A stretch of DNA of 64,000 nucleotides from Chrysomallon squamiferum. Lineage: Eukaryota > Animalia > Mollusca. How positions within the stretch are numbered: position 1 is the stretch's first letter; each line of letters begins with the position of its first letter. The notes under the pieces were generated by a model, which saw only the letters and a list, made by a program, of their open reading frames with translations, had not been told where the DNA came from and did no database searches. Of the stretch, positions 1 to 15,960 are shown piece after piece. The stretch is from positions 12,958,001 to 13,022,000 of the forward strand of contig CM022674.1 of assembly GCA_012295275.1 (NCBI GenBank), given 5' to 3'. A program made the position numbers and the translations under genes.

Positions 1-1051
1 ACGCTGATTGGCAAAGGACATCCAGAATTTTCAACAAAACGACAACAAGACTCCCAGGAATTCTTTCTACATCTTCTTAACCTGGTAGAGGTGAGTTTCA
101 GTGTTCAGTTCTTATATCTCATCATCCTGGATATTCAGTGTTCTGTTCTTATATCTCATCATCCTGGATATTCAGTGTTCTGTTCTTATATCTCATCATC
201 CTGTATATTCAGTGTTCTGTTCTTATATCTCATCATCCTGTATATTCAGTGTTCTGTTCTTATATCTCATCATCCTGGATATTAAGTGTTCTGTTCTTAT
301 ATCTCATCATCCTGGATATTAAGTGTTCTGTTCTTATATCTCATCATCCTGTATATTCAGTGTTCAGTTCTTATATCTCATCATCCTGTATATTCAGTGT
401 TCTGTTCTTATATCTCATCATCCTGGATATTCAGTGTTCTGTTCTTATATCTCATCATCCTGGATATTAAGTGTTCAGTTTTTATATCTCATCATCCTGG
501 ATATTAAATGCTTGGTTTTTATATCTCATCATCCTGGATATTCAGTGTTCTGTTCTTATATCTCATCATCCTGGATATTAAGTGTTCAGTTTTTATATCT
601 CATCATCCTGGATATTAAATGCTTGGTTTTTATAATTATATAATCCTCAATATTCAGTGCATAAACATAATTGTACAGAGCCATTAGAGAACTAAATAAA
701 CAGAAAAGAAAACTGTTGTCCAAAACTAAATATCATTTTATAATAATGTTGTCATGTTAATGAATTTGTATCAGTATTTTGTTATTTTGAGGTTTAGTAA
801 ACATATTTTTATTTTTATTTTCCCCACTGAGAACTCTTTGTTTGATTCACTAAGATACTGATGAAATAACAGCTGCCTGAAAGGAAAAGATTTAACAGAA
901 GCTTCGATAGAAAAAGAAAAAAAATTATATATTTTTCATGATCATATTGTAATATGGAGAAGTGTTTGTTTTGTTATTGTTATTGTTTTTGTTTTTGTTT
1001 TTTGAATTTATTTTATTTTATTTCATGGTGTATTTAATTTTTTGTATTTTA

Positions 1052-1086
<35 letters not shown>

Positions 1087-2673
1087 TTATTTTACTTATT
1101 TATTTAACTTATTATTTTACTTATTTATTTATTGTTCTAGTTTATTTTATTTATTTATTTTATTTATTTTATTTATTTTATTTATTTTATTTCATTTTAT
1201 TTTATTTTTTTTGTTATTCATCCTTTTGTTGTATTTCAGAGAAACAGCAAGGGCACTGGTAATCCAGCAGACTGTTTCCCGGTTTGAGGTGGAAAAGTGC
1301 AGTGCACTGGTTCATTTGATAGAACACAAACAGATCTGACTTCTGCCTGTCTCTCCCAGTACCATGACAGAGCTGTCAATCAAAGTGCAGTTATCTTTTC
1401 GACGTTTTTTAATTTAATGTCCCTGAAACATTATTCAATGTATTTTGTTTTTATGAATTATTTATTTTGCATTGCTTAAACTTTTTTTTTGAAATTATTG
1501 TTTTTCAATTATTTTTTATTTTACTTATTTAAAATTTGTTTTAATTTTTATTTTTTTTTTTACTGGTGAATTTAAAATTATAATTGTATTTTTATTGAAA
1601 TATCTTCAGTTATATTTCTAGTAAAATGTGACTAAAATCTAGTAAAAAAAACCAACATAAATATATATGATTCAGGTTTATAATATTTTAAAATAAACCT
1701 ATATTTAGTTTTTTATTTTTTTGTTTATTTTTTTATTTATTTATTTGTTTTTTTTTTTTTTTTTTTTAATTAAATCTTATGGCATAGTTATTCTTCATTT
1801 GGATAAATAATGAAAAAAATTAATGAATAATTCACAATTATATAACATAAACAGTATAAAAGAAAAGAAATATTATTATTAAAATTATATCTAACAGAAA
1901 ATGTATTCTTTGTATGGATGCATAAAGAAGAAAAAAGAAATTATGAATAATTTGCAATTATATAACATAAACAACAAATAATTTTGTTGTTGTTTTTACA
2001 GAGGAAGTAGCAGCTTATGAAACAAAGAAGACTGAGTTAGAAGGCAAAAATGAAAGAATGTAAGTTTTGTAATCAGCTTAGTGTACTGTCATTCTTGAAA
2101 TATAGAATAATTCCATTTTGTTTATATTGAAATTAAACATGTATACATAAATACATTTAGGTGTAAAACAAAAAAGAAATAAAATAAAATGGATTATTTA
2201 TCAGAATTATGAAATAGATATTAATAATATTGATCTTCATGTTTAATGACAATTACAGGTTTAATATTTAAAATATCTGAAGTTACATAAACATGTACAT
2301 GAATATTTAAATAAGGAAGTAAATAAGATTGATGTTCATTATACTGATTTGAATTTTAGTACTTAAAACTGTTTTTAAACATGTTTAAAATGGAATATTT
2401 GGATACAACAGTATGTTTTGTTAAATATTTCATCGTTACAAAATACTCTTTTCCACCAACCATTTTGTCACATATTTATTTGTGTTTTTTTTTATTTTAA
2501 TATTTTTGTGACAGAGACCCTAAAGAAATTGTTCGTCCGAAAATCTCTCTGAAATCTTGTATAGAGGAATTTCTTGCAGTAGTTTATGTTGATGATTTCT
2601 ACAGTTCAGCTCTCAAGGCAAAAACACAAGCTAAACAGTAAGTATGATCAAATTAAAAGACAGACAGATATAT

Positions 2674-2715
<42 letters not shown>

Positions 2716-3654
2716 GGAAAAAAAAAAAAAAATAACTGAAAGTAGAAGAAAAGTGTGCATATTATATGAAAAATTATATATTTTGTACATGAAAATTGTT
2801 TGCAGATCTGTAATGTGAATTTTATTGTCATTTATATTATTTATTTATTTCTTTTTTAATTTATTTTATTTTATTTTATTTATTATTATTATTTTTTTTT
2901 TTTCACTTATTATTTTTTTTTTAATTCCAGAACAACAAGATTATCAACATTTCCCGATTTCCTCATGGTGCAGCTTAAAAAATTCACTGTAGGCTATGAC
3001 TGGGTCCCTAGAAAATTAGGTGAGAGAGTATTTCACCTTTTTTAACAACACCATATCACATTTTTAATTTCATTTTTGTTTGTTGTCAAACATTGTTTTC
3101 TGAAAATATCAACAAAAAAAAAAAAAAAACATTTGCTGCTGTCAAATCTTGCAGAATTTTTATGAGATTGTTCTCTGTTATGGATATGAAAACCACAGAT
3201 ATCAATATGACAGATTTTCATAAGCTAGTCAATCATGTGACTTAGTTGGAACAGGAAATATTTCACAGAGCATCTTGATTAGTATCACCATATTACAGAA
3301 GCTTTCTTTCTATCTTGAGGGTATTAGAATTATTATTAAAACTTTTATGCATAAATAAACTGTTACTGCTGTCCTTTAAAAAAAAGACAATAATAATAAT
3401 AATAATAATCATATTATCTATAATTTTGGTATGCTCCATTTTTTAATTTCAGTTATGTAATTAAATTTTCTCTGTTATAAATTGATAAAAAAATAAAATT
3501 TAAAAATAAAATTAAATTTCAGATGTCTCCATTGATGTTCCGCTCAATCTGGACATTAGTGGGTTACGAGGTCGTGGACAACAGCCCGGTGAAGAACTAC
3601 TACCACAGGAACATTCAGCAGAACAACCAGGTGAAAATATTTGTTTGACAGATT

Positions 3655-3686
<32 letters not shown>

Positions 3687-3705
3687 ATTAGAATGAATGA
3701 ATATA

Positions 3706-3736
<31 letters not shown>

Positions 3737-6700
3737 GTAGTAAATGAATGAATAAATAATAAATAAATAGTAAGTGAATGAATAAATAATAAATAAATAG
3801 GTAGATAAATAAAAGTAGATAAAACAATAAAAATAAATAAATAAATGAATAAATAAATAGTTGTTCGGAAAAGACTTGTTAGAAATTATTTTATAATAAT
3901 TTAAAATTTGTGTTTTTTTTTATGAACATCTTTTTGAAAAAACAAAGAATTTTTACAAAAATATAAAAGACCCTTTTTTAATAAAAACGTTAATCAGTGA
4001 TTATCATAACAATTACTATCATTGTTTTAAATCAGAAATCATTGTGGATGAGTTTCCCAGACTTTTTACATACTGTCACTGTTCATACACATGTATGTAT
4101 AATCATATTCATTATTGCAACTCTTACAATTATCATTTTAAATCAGAGATCATCGTGGACGAGGCTACGGTTGTACAGCTGATGGAGATGGGATTTCCTC
4201 AAAATGGCTGCTACAGAGCAGTCTACAACACAAACAACACTGGGGCAGAGGCTGCCATGAACTGGATCATGGAGCATATGAATGATCGAGGTAAATTGTA
4301 ATTACGTACAGGTGAATTTTCATAGTATGCAGGTAGATTATAATTATGTACAGGTGAATTTTGATAGGGTACAGGTAGATCATAATTGTTTGCAGTTAGA
4401 TTTCATAGCATATAGGTAAATTATAATTATGTATGAAGGATAATTTTCATTGAATGCAGGTAAAATTTCATTATTTGCAGGTAAATTATGACTATAAAAG
4501 TAAATTATAATTATGTGAATGTAACATGCAATTATATACAGGTAAATTTTATTAAATGTATAATTATATACATTTAAATACAAATTGGGTGAAATTTATT
4601 ATTTAAAAAAAAAATGTATTTAATTATTATTTTTTGGTTTTATTTATTGAACTTTTTTCTGGTTTCTTTTTGGAAGATATTATTTATCATTTTATTTCAT
4701 TTCGGTATTGATTTGTTTATTGATGAATATATGATTTTTACAAATCTTTTTGTAGATTTCTCTGAGCCATTAGATCTGCCAGGTGGATTGAAGAAAGGTG
4801 ATGGTGATTTCCAGCCAAACGAAGACGCCTTGTTAAACATCATGTCCATGGGATTCAACAAGGAACAAGCAACAAAGGCTTTGAAATCAACAGTGAGCGC
4901 TTATCCTTAGATTCCAAATTTTAATCTTTGATTTTAAATGTTAATCTTTGACTTCAGGAGTTAATCTTTAATTTTAGGAGTTAATCATTGATCTTTGACT
5001 CTATGAGGTAACGTTTGATTTTAGGAGTTAATCTAAGATTTTAGACAAACTGTATTGTGTTTCGACATAGCTGTCAACTTTAAGTTACTACAATAAGCCA
5101 GTTGTTTCCTGACCTATGCAATATTCCATAGTTTGTTCTTTTGTTTTATTTACTTTAAATGACTTCATTTTACTGTCCTGTTTATGGAAAGCTGCTCTTT
5201 GGAGATCCTTTGCTACTTACTGATAACAGCATTCCATGAATTTCACATAATTCTGTCTTCTTGCGCCAGTGAAGAAATATATATTATTTAATATAAATAC
5301 AGCAGAATTGTGTTTAAATAGACCTGAGATTCTAAAATTTAAAAACATTCACCTCTAAGGCATATACAGGTACCGGACCAATTAACCAGATTCCTTGGGG
5401 CCTGAGGCATTCCAGATTTCTGGATTTTATGGTTTTCTGATACCAAGGCATCTAAATACATAAATAAATACGCATAAACATTTTAAAATTAAAAACATAA
5501 AGAATACTGATGATACACAACTGTGGTGATTCGAGACATAAACAATGCGTTGAGTGAATGAATGCCACGAGGCTTGAAAGAGTAGTTCCAGTGTGGTGAG
5601 GACAACACCTGTGTGCACAAACTGTGGAAGTAGTGTCGGGGAAAAAAACTTCTGGTGTTCTGGTTTTTCCAGATTTCAGGATGATGGATAATTGGTCTGG
5701 TACCCATATATATATATAAATATATGTCTTTATGTCTGCATCTGTGTGTGTGAGTGTGTTTCACGGTAACACTACTGGAGATAATTACATTAAATTTTCA
5801 GTCGCAATTTTTAAGGGTAACAATGTTGGAGAGAGTTATGTTAAATTTTCAGTCACAATTTTTAAGGGTAACAATGTTGGAGAGAGTTATGTTAAACTTT
5901 CAATCACAGTTTTTAAGGGTAATAGTGTTGGAGAGAGTTTCAATCACAGTTTTTAAGGGTAACAGTGTTGTTAAATTTTCAGGCTAACAATGTGGAAAGG
6001 GCTGTGGACTGGATTTTCAGCCACGCTGACCAGCTGGACGAACCCATGGACACAGAGGATGAGAACAGTGACAACAGGAAACCCACATACAGAGACGGAG
6101 CAGGAAGTATGTAGTGTGACGAGTGTTTGTTTTATTCTCATTACTTTATGTACACAGACGTGTGTGTGTGTGTGTCTGTGTGTGTGTGAGTGTCTGTGTG
6201 TGTGTGTGTGTGTTTGTGTGTGTTTGTTTGAGAGTGTTTGAGAGTGTGAGTACATGTTCATGTATGCATCATGACATCTAGATCTCTCTTAAAAACTCAA
6301 GGCAAAACAGAAAATGCTCATAGATTCCTTAGGTAAGCTTTATAAATTTCCTTGTTTGAAATATTTTATAGTTTATTCAGATTTCTTTGTTCTTCCTTTA
6401 GTTTCAGTAGGCCCATTTTTGTGCTCAACAATTTAGATGTTAGACTCTCCATGTGCCTGCCCAAAGTCTTTAGTGTTATAATCTGAATATATATCTACAT
6501 CTTTTCATCTTCTAAGTGTACATACCCTGAATTTGTATGTGTTATCTTTAGTAATATGATATCTTTTATTTGTTGTAAAGTGTAATGGATGATTTATATA
6601 AGAAAATTAAAATAATACTCTTAGGACAGGAATTAAATAAGTTTTTAAATTTTAAGAATTTGTTTTGAAATAACTTGTTACTCATAGTTTTATAAAATAG

Positions 6701-6934
6701 TATCTGTTAGTTTATTACAAAGACAAAATACACTGCATTTTATTTTTATTTTTATTTTCAGAATATAAACTAGCTGCCTTCATCAGCCACATGGGCACAT
6801 CAACAAACGTCGGCCACTACGTGTGTCACATCCTCAAGGACGGGAAGTGGGTGATTTTCAATGATGAAAAAGTGGCTCTGTCTGAACACCCTCCTAAAGA
6901 CTTAGCATATCTTTACCTCTATCAGAGAGTCTGA
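1..6934 (+). CDS. USP5: Ubiquitin carboxyl-terminal hydrolase 5/13 (isopeptidase T) ortholog, 3' part; the 5' end lies outside the window
   Basis: GT-AG exons: <1-90, ~1240-1384 (disrupted), 2002-2059, 2515-2637, 2931-3019, 3523-3630, 4147-4290, 4756-4892, 5983-6106, 6762-6934 (TGA). Translation includes [65 protein letters not shown], two UBA domains ([30 protein letters not shown]; [32 protein letters not shown]) and the His box ([33 protein letters not shown]). Recognised from memory of the USP5/USP13 sequence. Intron phases are consistent apart from the exon at 1240. Confidence 0.95.
99..625 (+). repeat. 37-bp minisatellite, about 14 copies, immediately after the exon 1-90 donor
   Basis: Unit approximately GTGTTCTGTTCTTATATCTCATCATCCTGGATATTCA, tandem with no spacers; it generates the first five ORFs in the track. 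Confidence 0.95.
4288..4560 (+). repeat. Degenerate ~21-bp tandem repeat starting at a USP5 donor site
   Basis: Recurrent CAGGT(A/G)(A/G)ATT-like units (e.g. TACAGGTGAATTTT, TGCAGGTAGATTAT, TGCAGGTAAATTAT) following the true donor GAG|GTAAATT at 4290/4291. Confidence 0.75.
4918..5045 (+). repeat. Degenerate 20-bp tandem repeat near a USP5 donor site
   Basis: About 6 units of TTAATCTTTGATTTTAGGAG. Confidence 0.7.
5367..5706. mobile_element. Tc1/mariner-pogo-type MITE in a USP5 intron
   Basis: Imperfect TIRs CAGGTACCGGACCAATTAACC ... GGATAATTGGTCTGGTACCCA, flanked by TA on both sides; no ORF. Confidence 0.6.
5761..5982 (+). repeat. 51-bp tandem repeat, about 4 copies, abutting a USP5 acceptor site
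   Basis: Unit TTAAATTTTCAGTCACAATTTTTAAGGGTAACAATGTTGGAGAGAGTTATG; the array ends at the true acceptor TTAAATTTTCAG|GCTAACAATGTGG at 5982/5983. Confidence 0.9.
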
Positions 6935-8007
6935 TGAAACAAACACACTAACAGTTCTCATCTGAAAAACAAGATGAAGACAACATACGCAAGATAGGAA
7001 ACAAACTCGTAGGATGCATTTGTAAAGTTTTGTGTATCACATATAAGGATGACATGTTTCAGACAGCCTGATAAGAAAGAAAAAAAAAAAGTGACAGATA
7101 TATAAAACAAATATAATCCTTTTTTTATGGGTTTCGGTTTTTAATTTAATTGTTGGTTCCATCTTGGCCAGTTTTTGAAAACTTTACACAGTAAATTAGT
7201 TAAGCACATGCATGTTTCAGCTGAGAAAAAATTATATATTGTTTCCAAAATGTTCTGAAATTGTGTTAAAATATTTCTACATTGAAAACAGAAAATGCTC
7301 GTCAGTGTAATTTCCATCAGGAATAAAAGAAATCATTAAATTTTTATAAAATTATAAATAATGTTTTTAAAAAAAATTAAGAATGTAATAAATGTTAAAA
7401 ACTTATATAATAACAAAATACTATATAAAGAAATATTTTAACAACCCTGTTCAGATCAGTTTTTTCATTATTTCAAATTTAGTTTCGGAATATTCAAGTG
7501 TTGACACTTAGCAATAGATTTGGGATTATTATTTTCATTGTTATTATTACAAGTGTTGTTTATTTGTGTATTGGGGGAATATTTTTCCATTCTTTTTTAA
7601 TATAAAACAAACTGTACACATATTTTTATACAGATCAGAAGTTGATCAGATTTTGTTTTTGCTTTTTGTCGTCCTGTTGTTCAGATTACATTTTTGTAAA
7701 TGTATAACAAATAGTGGCAATAATTAATTTTCACTGAGTTTCTGTAGTTCAAGAAAATACAACAAATTTTATTCTTGAGAAATTATAATGTTTAAGTTTA
7801 TTTATTAAAACAAAACAAAAAATACTAAATATTTTGTTGCTTTAATTATGTCTAGTTCAGATTTATAACAATACTAATGGTAATTAATTTAAGAAAAGTG
7901 AATTTGTCATCTTGTAATGAAGAATACATGAAAGTGTTTTTTTTTTTTTTTTTTTTTTCTTTTCTTTCCATTCAGTTATTTACAAAGAAAGATGATTAAA
8001 TGTAAAT

Positions 8008-10850
8008 GGGTCATTCCGTGTCAAATCACCCAATGGTTTAAACCCGACCGTCTCAGATTTTTATGAAACTTGGTATACTTGTTGACTGGGATCCCACAGC
8101 ACCAAATCTGACATTTTAGCTCAGTCAGACCAGTGGTGTGGGAGATACGGCCCACGGAATTTTGAGATTTTTGCCAAAAATGGGTGTGACCACCAACCTT
8201 AGAACCCTCATATCTCAGGAACTACTGGGCCAATCTTCACAAAATTGGTATTGTTAGAAAGGCAAAATGACAAGGATACCAAATCTGCCAATTTTGTTTA
8301 GTTTGGAAAATATTGGAGTACCTTGACCTTTTGACCTTTGCTATGACCTTGAAATTGACCGTGTGGATCACGTGATCTTGAGATGACCTTTATTGAAATT
8401 TAATCTCCCACATGTTAACTAAAACATATAAAAGTTTCCTGGGTGTAATATTTTTTGTTTAGCCACAATATAGATTTAAAAAATGCACATACCTGAAAAT
8501 AACACCTTTTCAGCCATTAACATCTGATTGACTAAAACCTGAATGATCAATTCTGGATGCTAGGAATCACCATCTCTCTTGATCATCGAGTAAGACATTG
8601 TAGGCCTACATGTATGCATAAAGTTCACATATAAAAGTTTCCTGGGTATAATATTTTTTGTTTAGCCTTAATAGAGATTTAAAAAAATGCATACCTGCAT
8701 GGATGATTGATACAATGCATTACAATGTACATTTTCGCTGAGACTAAAAACTCATCTTTGGAGTTAAAACCCACCTGACATGTCTGAAGGAATGCCTGAA
8801 GGATATGAAAAGATGCCAAATGGCATGACATGTTCTACACAATCAGGCTCAAAGGGTTAACAGGAAGTAATGCTTCAGGCAGGTCAGGAACTCCTTTAGA
8901 TTCCCTGGTGCAAACCCCATTGAGCACATGGCAATTTGAAGTTTAAGACAAAGCAGTTTCTTCATCTGCATTTCTTTGACAATCTGAAGCTTTTTAAGTT
9001 GGACACAATGTCAGATGTTGATATATAAACAATATTTTTATTTCATAAAACCTATTAAGTAATTTTATCATGTCATGTGGGCCTTGCCATTGGTTTTGAA
9101 CAAGGCTTCAGTCAACAACAGTACAACCCAGTCTGAAATCAGACGTCATCAAGTGATGTACTGCATAATGTATTTGTACACCCAGTCTTCGGCACAGAGT
9201 ATGAACAAGGTCTACTTCACCTTAATAAACTGTGATTTATACTTGAGAAGATTGACATAAATGCCCAAGACTTGTGGGCCTTTGGCAATAATACGTACTC
9301 TGCTGCCATTTTATGACCTGCTTAACTTTACTGAAAGGGTTTCAGGATTTGATTTAATATTTAGGAAAGCACTGACTTTGAATTGAAGGTGCAGGCCAAT
9401 ACTGAAAATCCTTATTTCTTCCAGGGCTAACTGCAGCTTTAACTCTCCTGAAAATGTGTGTTATCAACACCATCATATCAAAAAGGAGTTGTTGCAAAGT
9501 GTATGGAAAACTGAGGAAATCGAACTCCTCACTCTTTGAAGTGGGATCAAAACACGGGACATCAAGAGTATCATGAACAAGAACGTTTCATCAAATTTTC
9601 AACATCGCAGAAAAACTGTTGTGATCCCCTTAATCGCCACCTTGAGCAAGCACGTACTAGATCTTTAAGAATTGTTAGCATGGGCACTTACAAATGCTTA
9701 GTAAATCCTCCAAAGACACTAGTGCCAGGAGACAAGTTGTGCTGTGACTGTCTGATTACCCTTCAGAAATCAAAGGTCCTGCAGAGGATGGCTTTAGTAT
9801 GGGTGGTACTACAATTGGAGAATTTGGTGATAACTTGCCAGACAAACCGCTGGTTGTTGTTTCCCCAGAAAAGGACTTTGATTTGAATTCTATTCTGTTG
9901 AGTTTAGGCGAAACGCCTGTCAAACTCCATTCACTAGCACATTCCAGTAAATGAATGAAAGGACATAAAAAAACTAGCATCAGCTACAGTAACATTAAAA
10001 TGACATCTTAATGTCTGAATCCTACCCAGAGCGTGTGCAAATCTTGATTTTGTCACCCTTTACCACTGAAAGGACAATGAATTGAAGGAAGAAATAATCC
10101 AATTTTATGAAAGTGATGAGAACAGTAGAATGTGTCTGGGAATGAAGGATACAGTGAGCATTTGAAACAAACATAGTGAGAAGGTTAAGCATCAGAAACA
10201 CCTAGTTCTCTCAAATTTATGTGAACTTTATGCATACATGTAGGCCTACAATGTCTTACTGGATGATCAAGAAAGATGGTGATCCCTAGCATCCAGAATT
10301 GATCATTCAGGTTTTAGTTAATCAGATGTTAATGGCTGTAAACGTGTTATTTTCAGGTATGTGCATTTTTAAATCTATATTGTGGCTAAACAAAAAATAT
10401 TACACCCAGGAAACTTTTATATGTTTTAGTTAACATGTGGGAGATTAAATTTCAATAAAGGTCATCTCAAGATCACGTGATCCACACGGTCAATTTCAAG
10501 GTCATAGCAAAGGTCAAAAGGTCAAGGTACTCCAATATTTTCCAAACTAAACAAAAATGGCAGATTTGGTATCCTTGTCATTTTGCCTTTCTGACAATAC
10601 CAATTTTATGAAGATTGGCCCAGTAGTTCCTGAGATATGAGGGTTCTAAGGTTGGTGGTCACACCCATTTTTGGCAAAAATCTCAATACTCCGTGGGCCG
10701 TATCTCCCACACCACTGGTCTGATTGGGCTAATATTTCAGATTTGGTGCTGTGGGATCCCAGTCAACAAGTATACCAAGTTTTAAAAAAATCTGAGACGG
10801 TCGGGTTTAAATTTCTTTTTTTTTTTGGGTGATTTGACACGGAATGACCC
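8008..10850 (+). mobile_element. Non-autonomous (internally deleted) Sola2-type DNA transposon
   Basis: Termini GGGTCATTCCGTGTCAAATCACCCAA ... TTGGGTGATTTGACACGGAATGACCC. Near-identical inverted repeats at 8008-8631 and 10218-10850. 4-bp TSD AAAT (8004-8007 and 10851-10854). GRG termini, a 4-bp TSD and long TIRs are Sola2 hallmarks. Confidence 0.88.
9600..10240 (+). pseudogene. Disrupted N-terminal fragment of a Sola2-like transposase
   Basis: Fragments QKNCCDPLNRH...PGDKLCCDC (Cys/His motif), LNSILLSLGETPVKLHSL, and EEIIQFYESDENSRMCLGMKDTVSI*NKHSEKVKHQKHLVLSNLCELYA (10082-10233). The last resembles the FY..D..SR..PG.KD...QKR...NL.ELY block of Sola-type transposases. Stops and frameshifts are present; the catalytic C-terminal part is absent. 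Confidence 0.75.
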
Positions 10851-11139
10851 AAATAGATATAAATCTTAATTGCAAGGTGGCAGAAACAGATGTCTTAAAT
10901 GATTATAAAAAAAAAATAATAATTAGTATGATAAATTTGGTTTTATTAAGTTGGATGAAAATGCATGTATATATATTTACGTACGAAATATTTTCACTGC
11001 CATATAAATAATATACTAATATTACTCCCTCATATTATAAAACTCGTACGTTTTTCCGAATACACGAACATTTTGATAATTATATTTTTAATGTACGTAA
11101 AATCATTTATACTCAAACACCTGAATGCACATCGGACGC

Positions 11140-11188
<49 letters not shown>

Positions 11189-12017
11189 TTCAAAAACCTA
11201 CAACAGTAATCTGCGCATTTAATCAGAAACGGCTATGGTCGTCTTTCTGTTTTCTTATTAACCCACGTCGAAAACTCAGGTTTCAAGTTATATCAAACCA
11301 GTGTCATCTACGACAAACATGAATCTTTTTTCTTCTCAAAATACCACGAAGGTTCACATCTTTCAGCTTTAATTAATTAATTTAACAATGAATGATCAGT
11401 TTTCCATTTCTTAAAAAGACACTATTTGTTGTGTCCGGTTTCTTTATCAACGCAGGAAAAGTTCTATATGAAGGAAAAAAAAAAAAAAAAAAAAAAAAAA
11501 GAAAAAATGAAGAAGAAGAAAAAGAAAAAAAGAAAGATTAATTATGTTCGTGTTGTACAGAAAACAGTCATCAACTTTTGTCAATGTAATAGTAACACGT
11601 TTTGTTTTAGAAACGGATGTTGATTTTGTTCTTTGTTTATCCACCTTTATATCGCGCACCGAACTTTCTGTTTCAGTAAAGAAAAATAACAGTATTAACA
11701 GTACTGTGAAATTGAGGAACAGGTATGTATAATTTATTTATTTACATTAATTAATTATTCAAACTGCTCAAGATCTAAATATTTTATCTTTAGCTTATAA
11801 TACTGGTAGTAATCGAAATATTAATGTGGGTAGTTGTAGCTGCATCTTTTTGTTACTCCGTTCATTATTTATTTATTAATTTAGTTGCAGTTTTTGTTTC
11901 GTTCCAGATGTCCAAGAATAAAGAATAAAAATAATAATTTCGTCAAAAAGCATAGCGACTGATATTTTAATCATACTTTATTAATAGCATAGGACTAAAG
12001 GTACTCATTACTTAAAC

Positions 12018-12069
<52 letters not shown>

Positions 12070-12102
12070 GGAATCAACTAATCAACAAAGTGTGGAAATA
12101 AG

Positions 12103-15474
<3,372 letters not shown>

Positions 15475-15960
15475 CATAAAAGATTTAGTGATCGTTAAAA
15501 GAAAAACAGATTTTGAGATTCGTAAATTTCTTAATACCATTTAATTTATTAATTTAGTTGTTTGGTTGTTGTTTTTAATTCATTTCATTTTATTTTGTTT
15601 GTTTGTTTATTTATTTGTGTATTTATTTATATTTTATTATTTTATTTTTTAAAATGCTGTTTGGAATCTTAATTATTGTTAACACAAGAACTAGGAAGGA
15701 TAACAGAGAAGCTGTAATTGTTTTAACTGTTAAAAGTATGATGCACTGATTACCGTTAAGTGCTTAATAGTATAATTGTATTTTCATTTGTAAATTATTT
15801 ATTGTAAATACTAAAAATGTATACTTGTTAACAGTAGCTATTTATTTGTAACTGTGAATGTAGAATTGTTAATTGAACGAATTATAAATCATAGTAGTCT
15901 TTTTCTTAGCTGATCTAAACAAAATTAAATAAAATAATAATAAAATAAACTGGTTGTATT

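Noticed and set aside
91-643. Five overlapping ORFs and a CRISPR-like 37-bp period
   Set aside because: Head-to-tail minisatellite with no unique spacers, inside a spliceosomal intron, and no cas genes; the ORFs are artefacts of the repeat.
1285-1287. In-frame TGA in USP5 as selenocysteine or readthrough
   Set aside because: Homology continues in shifted frames, so indels explain it rather than recoding.
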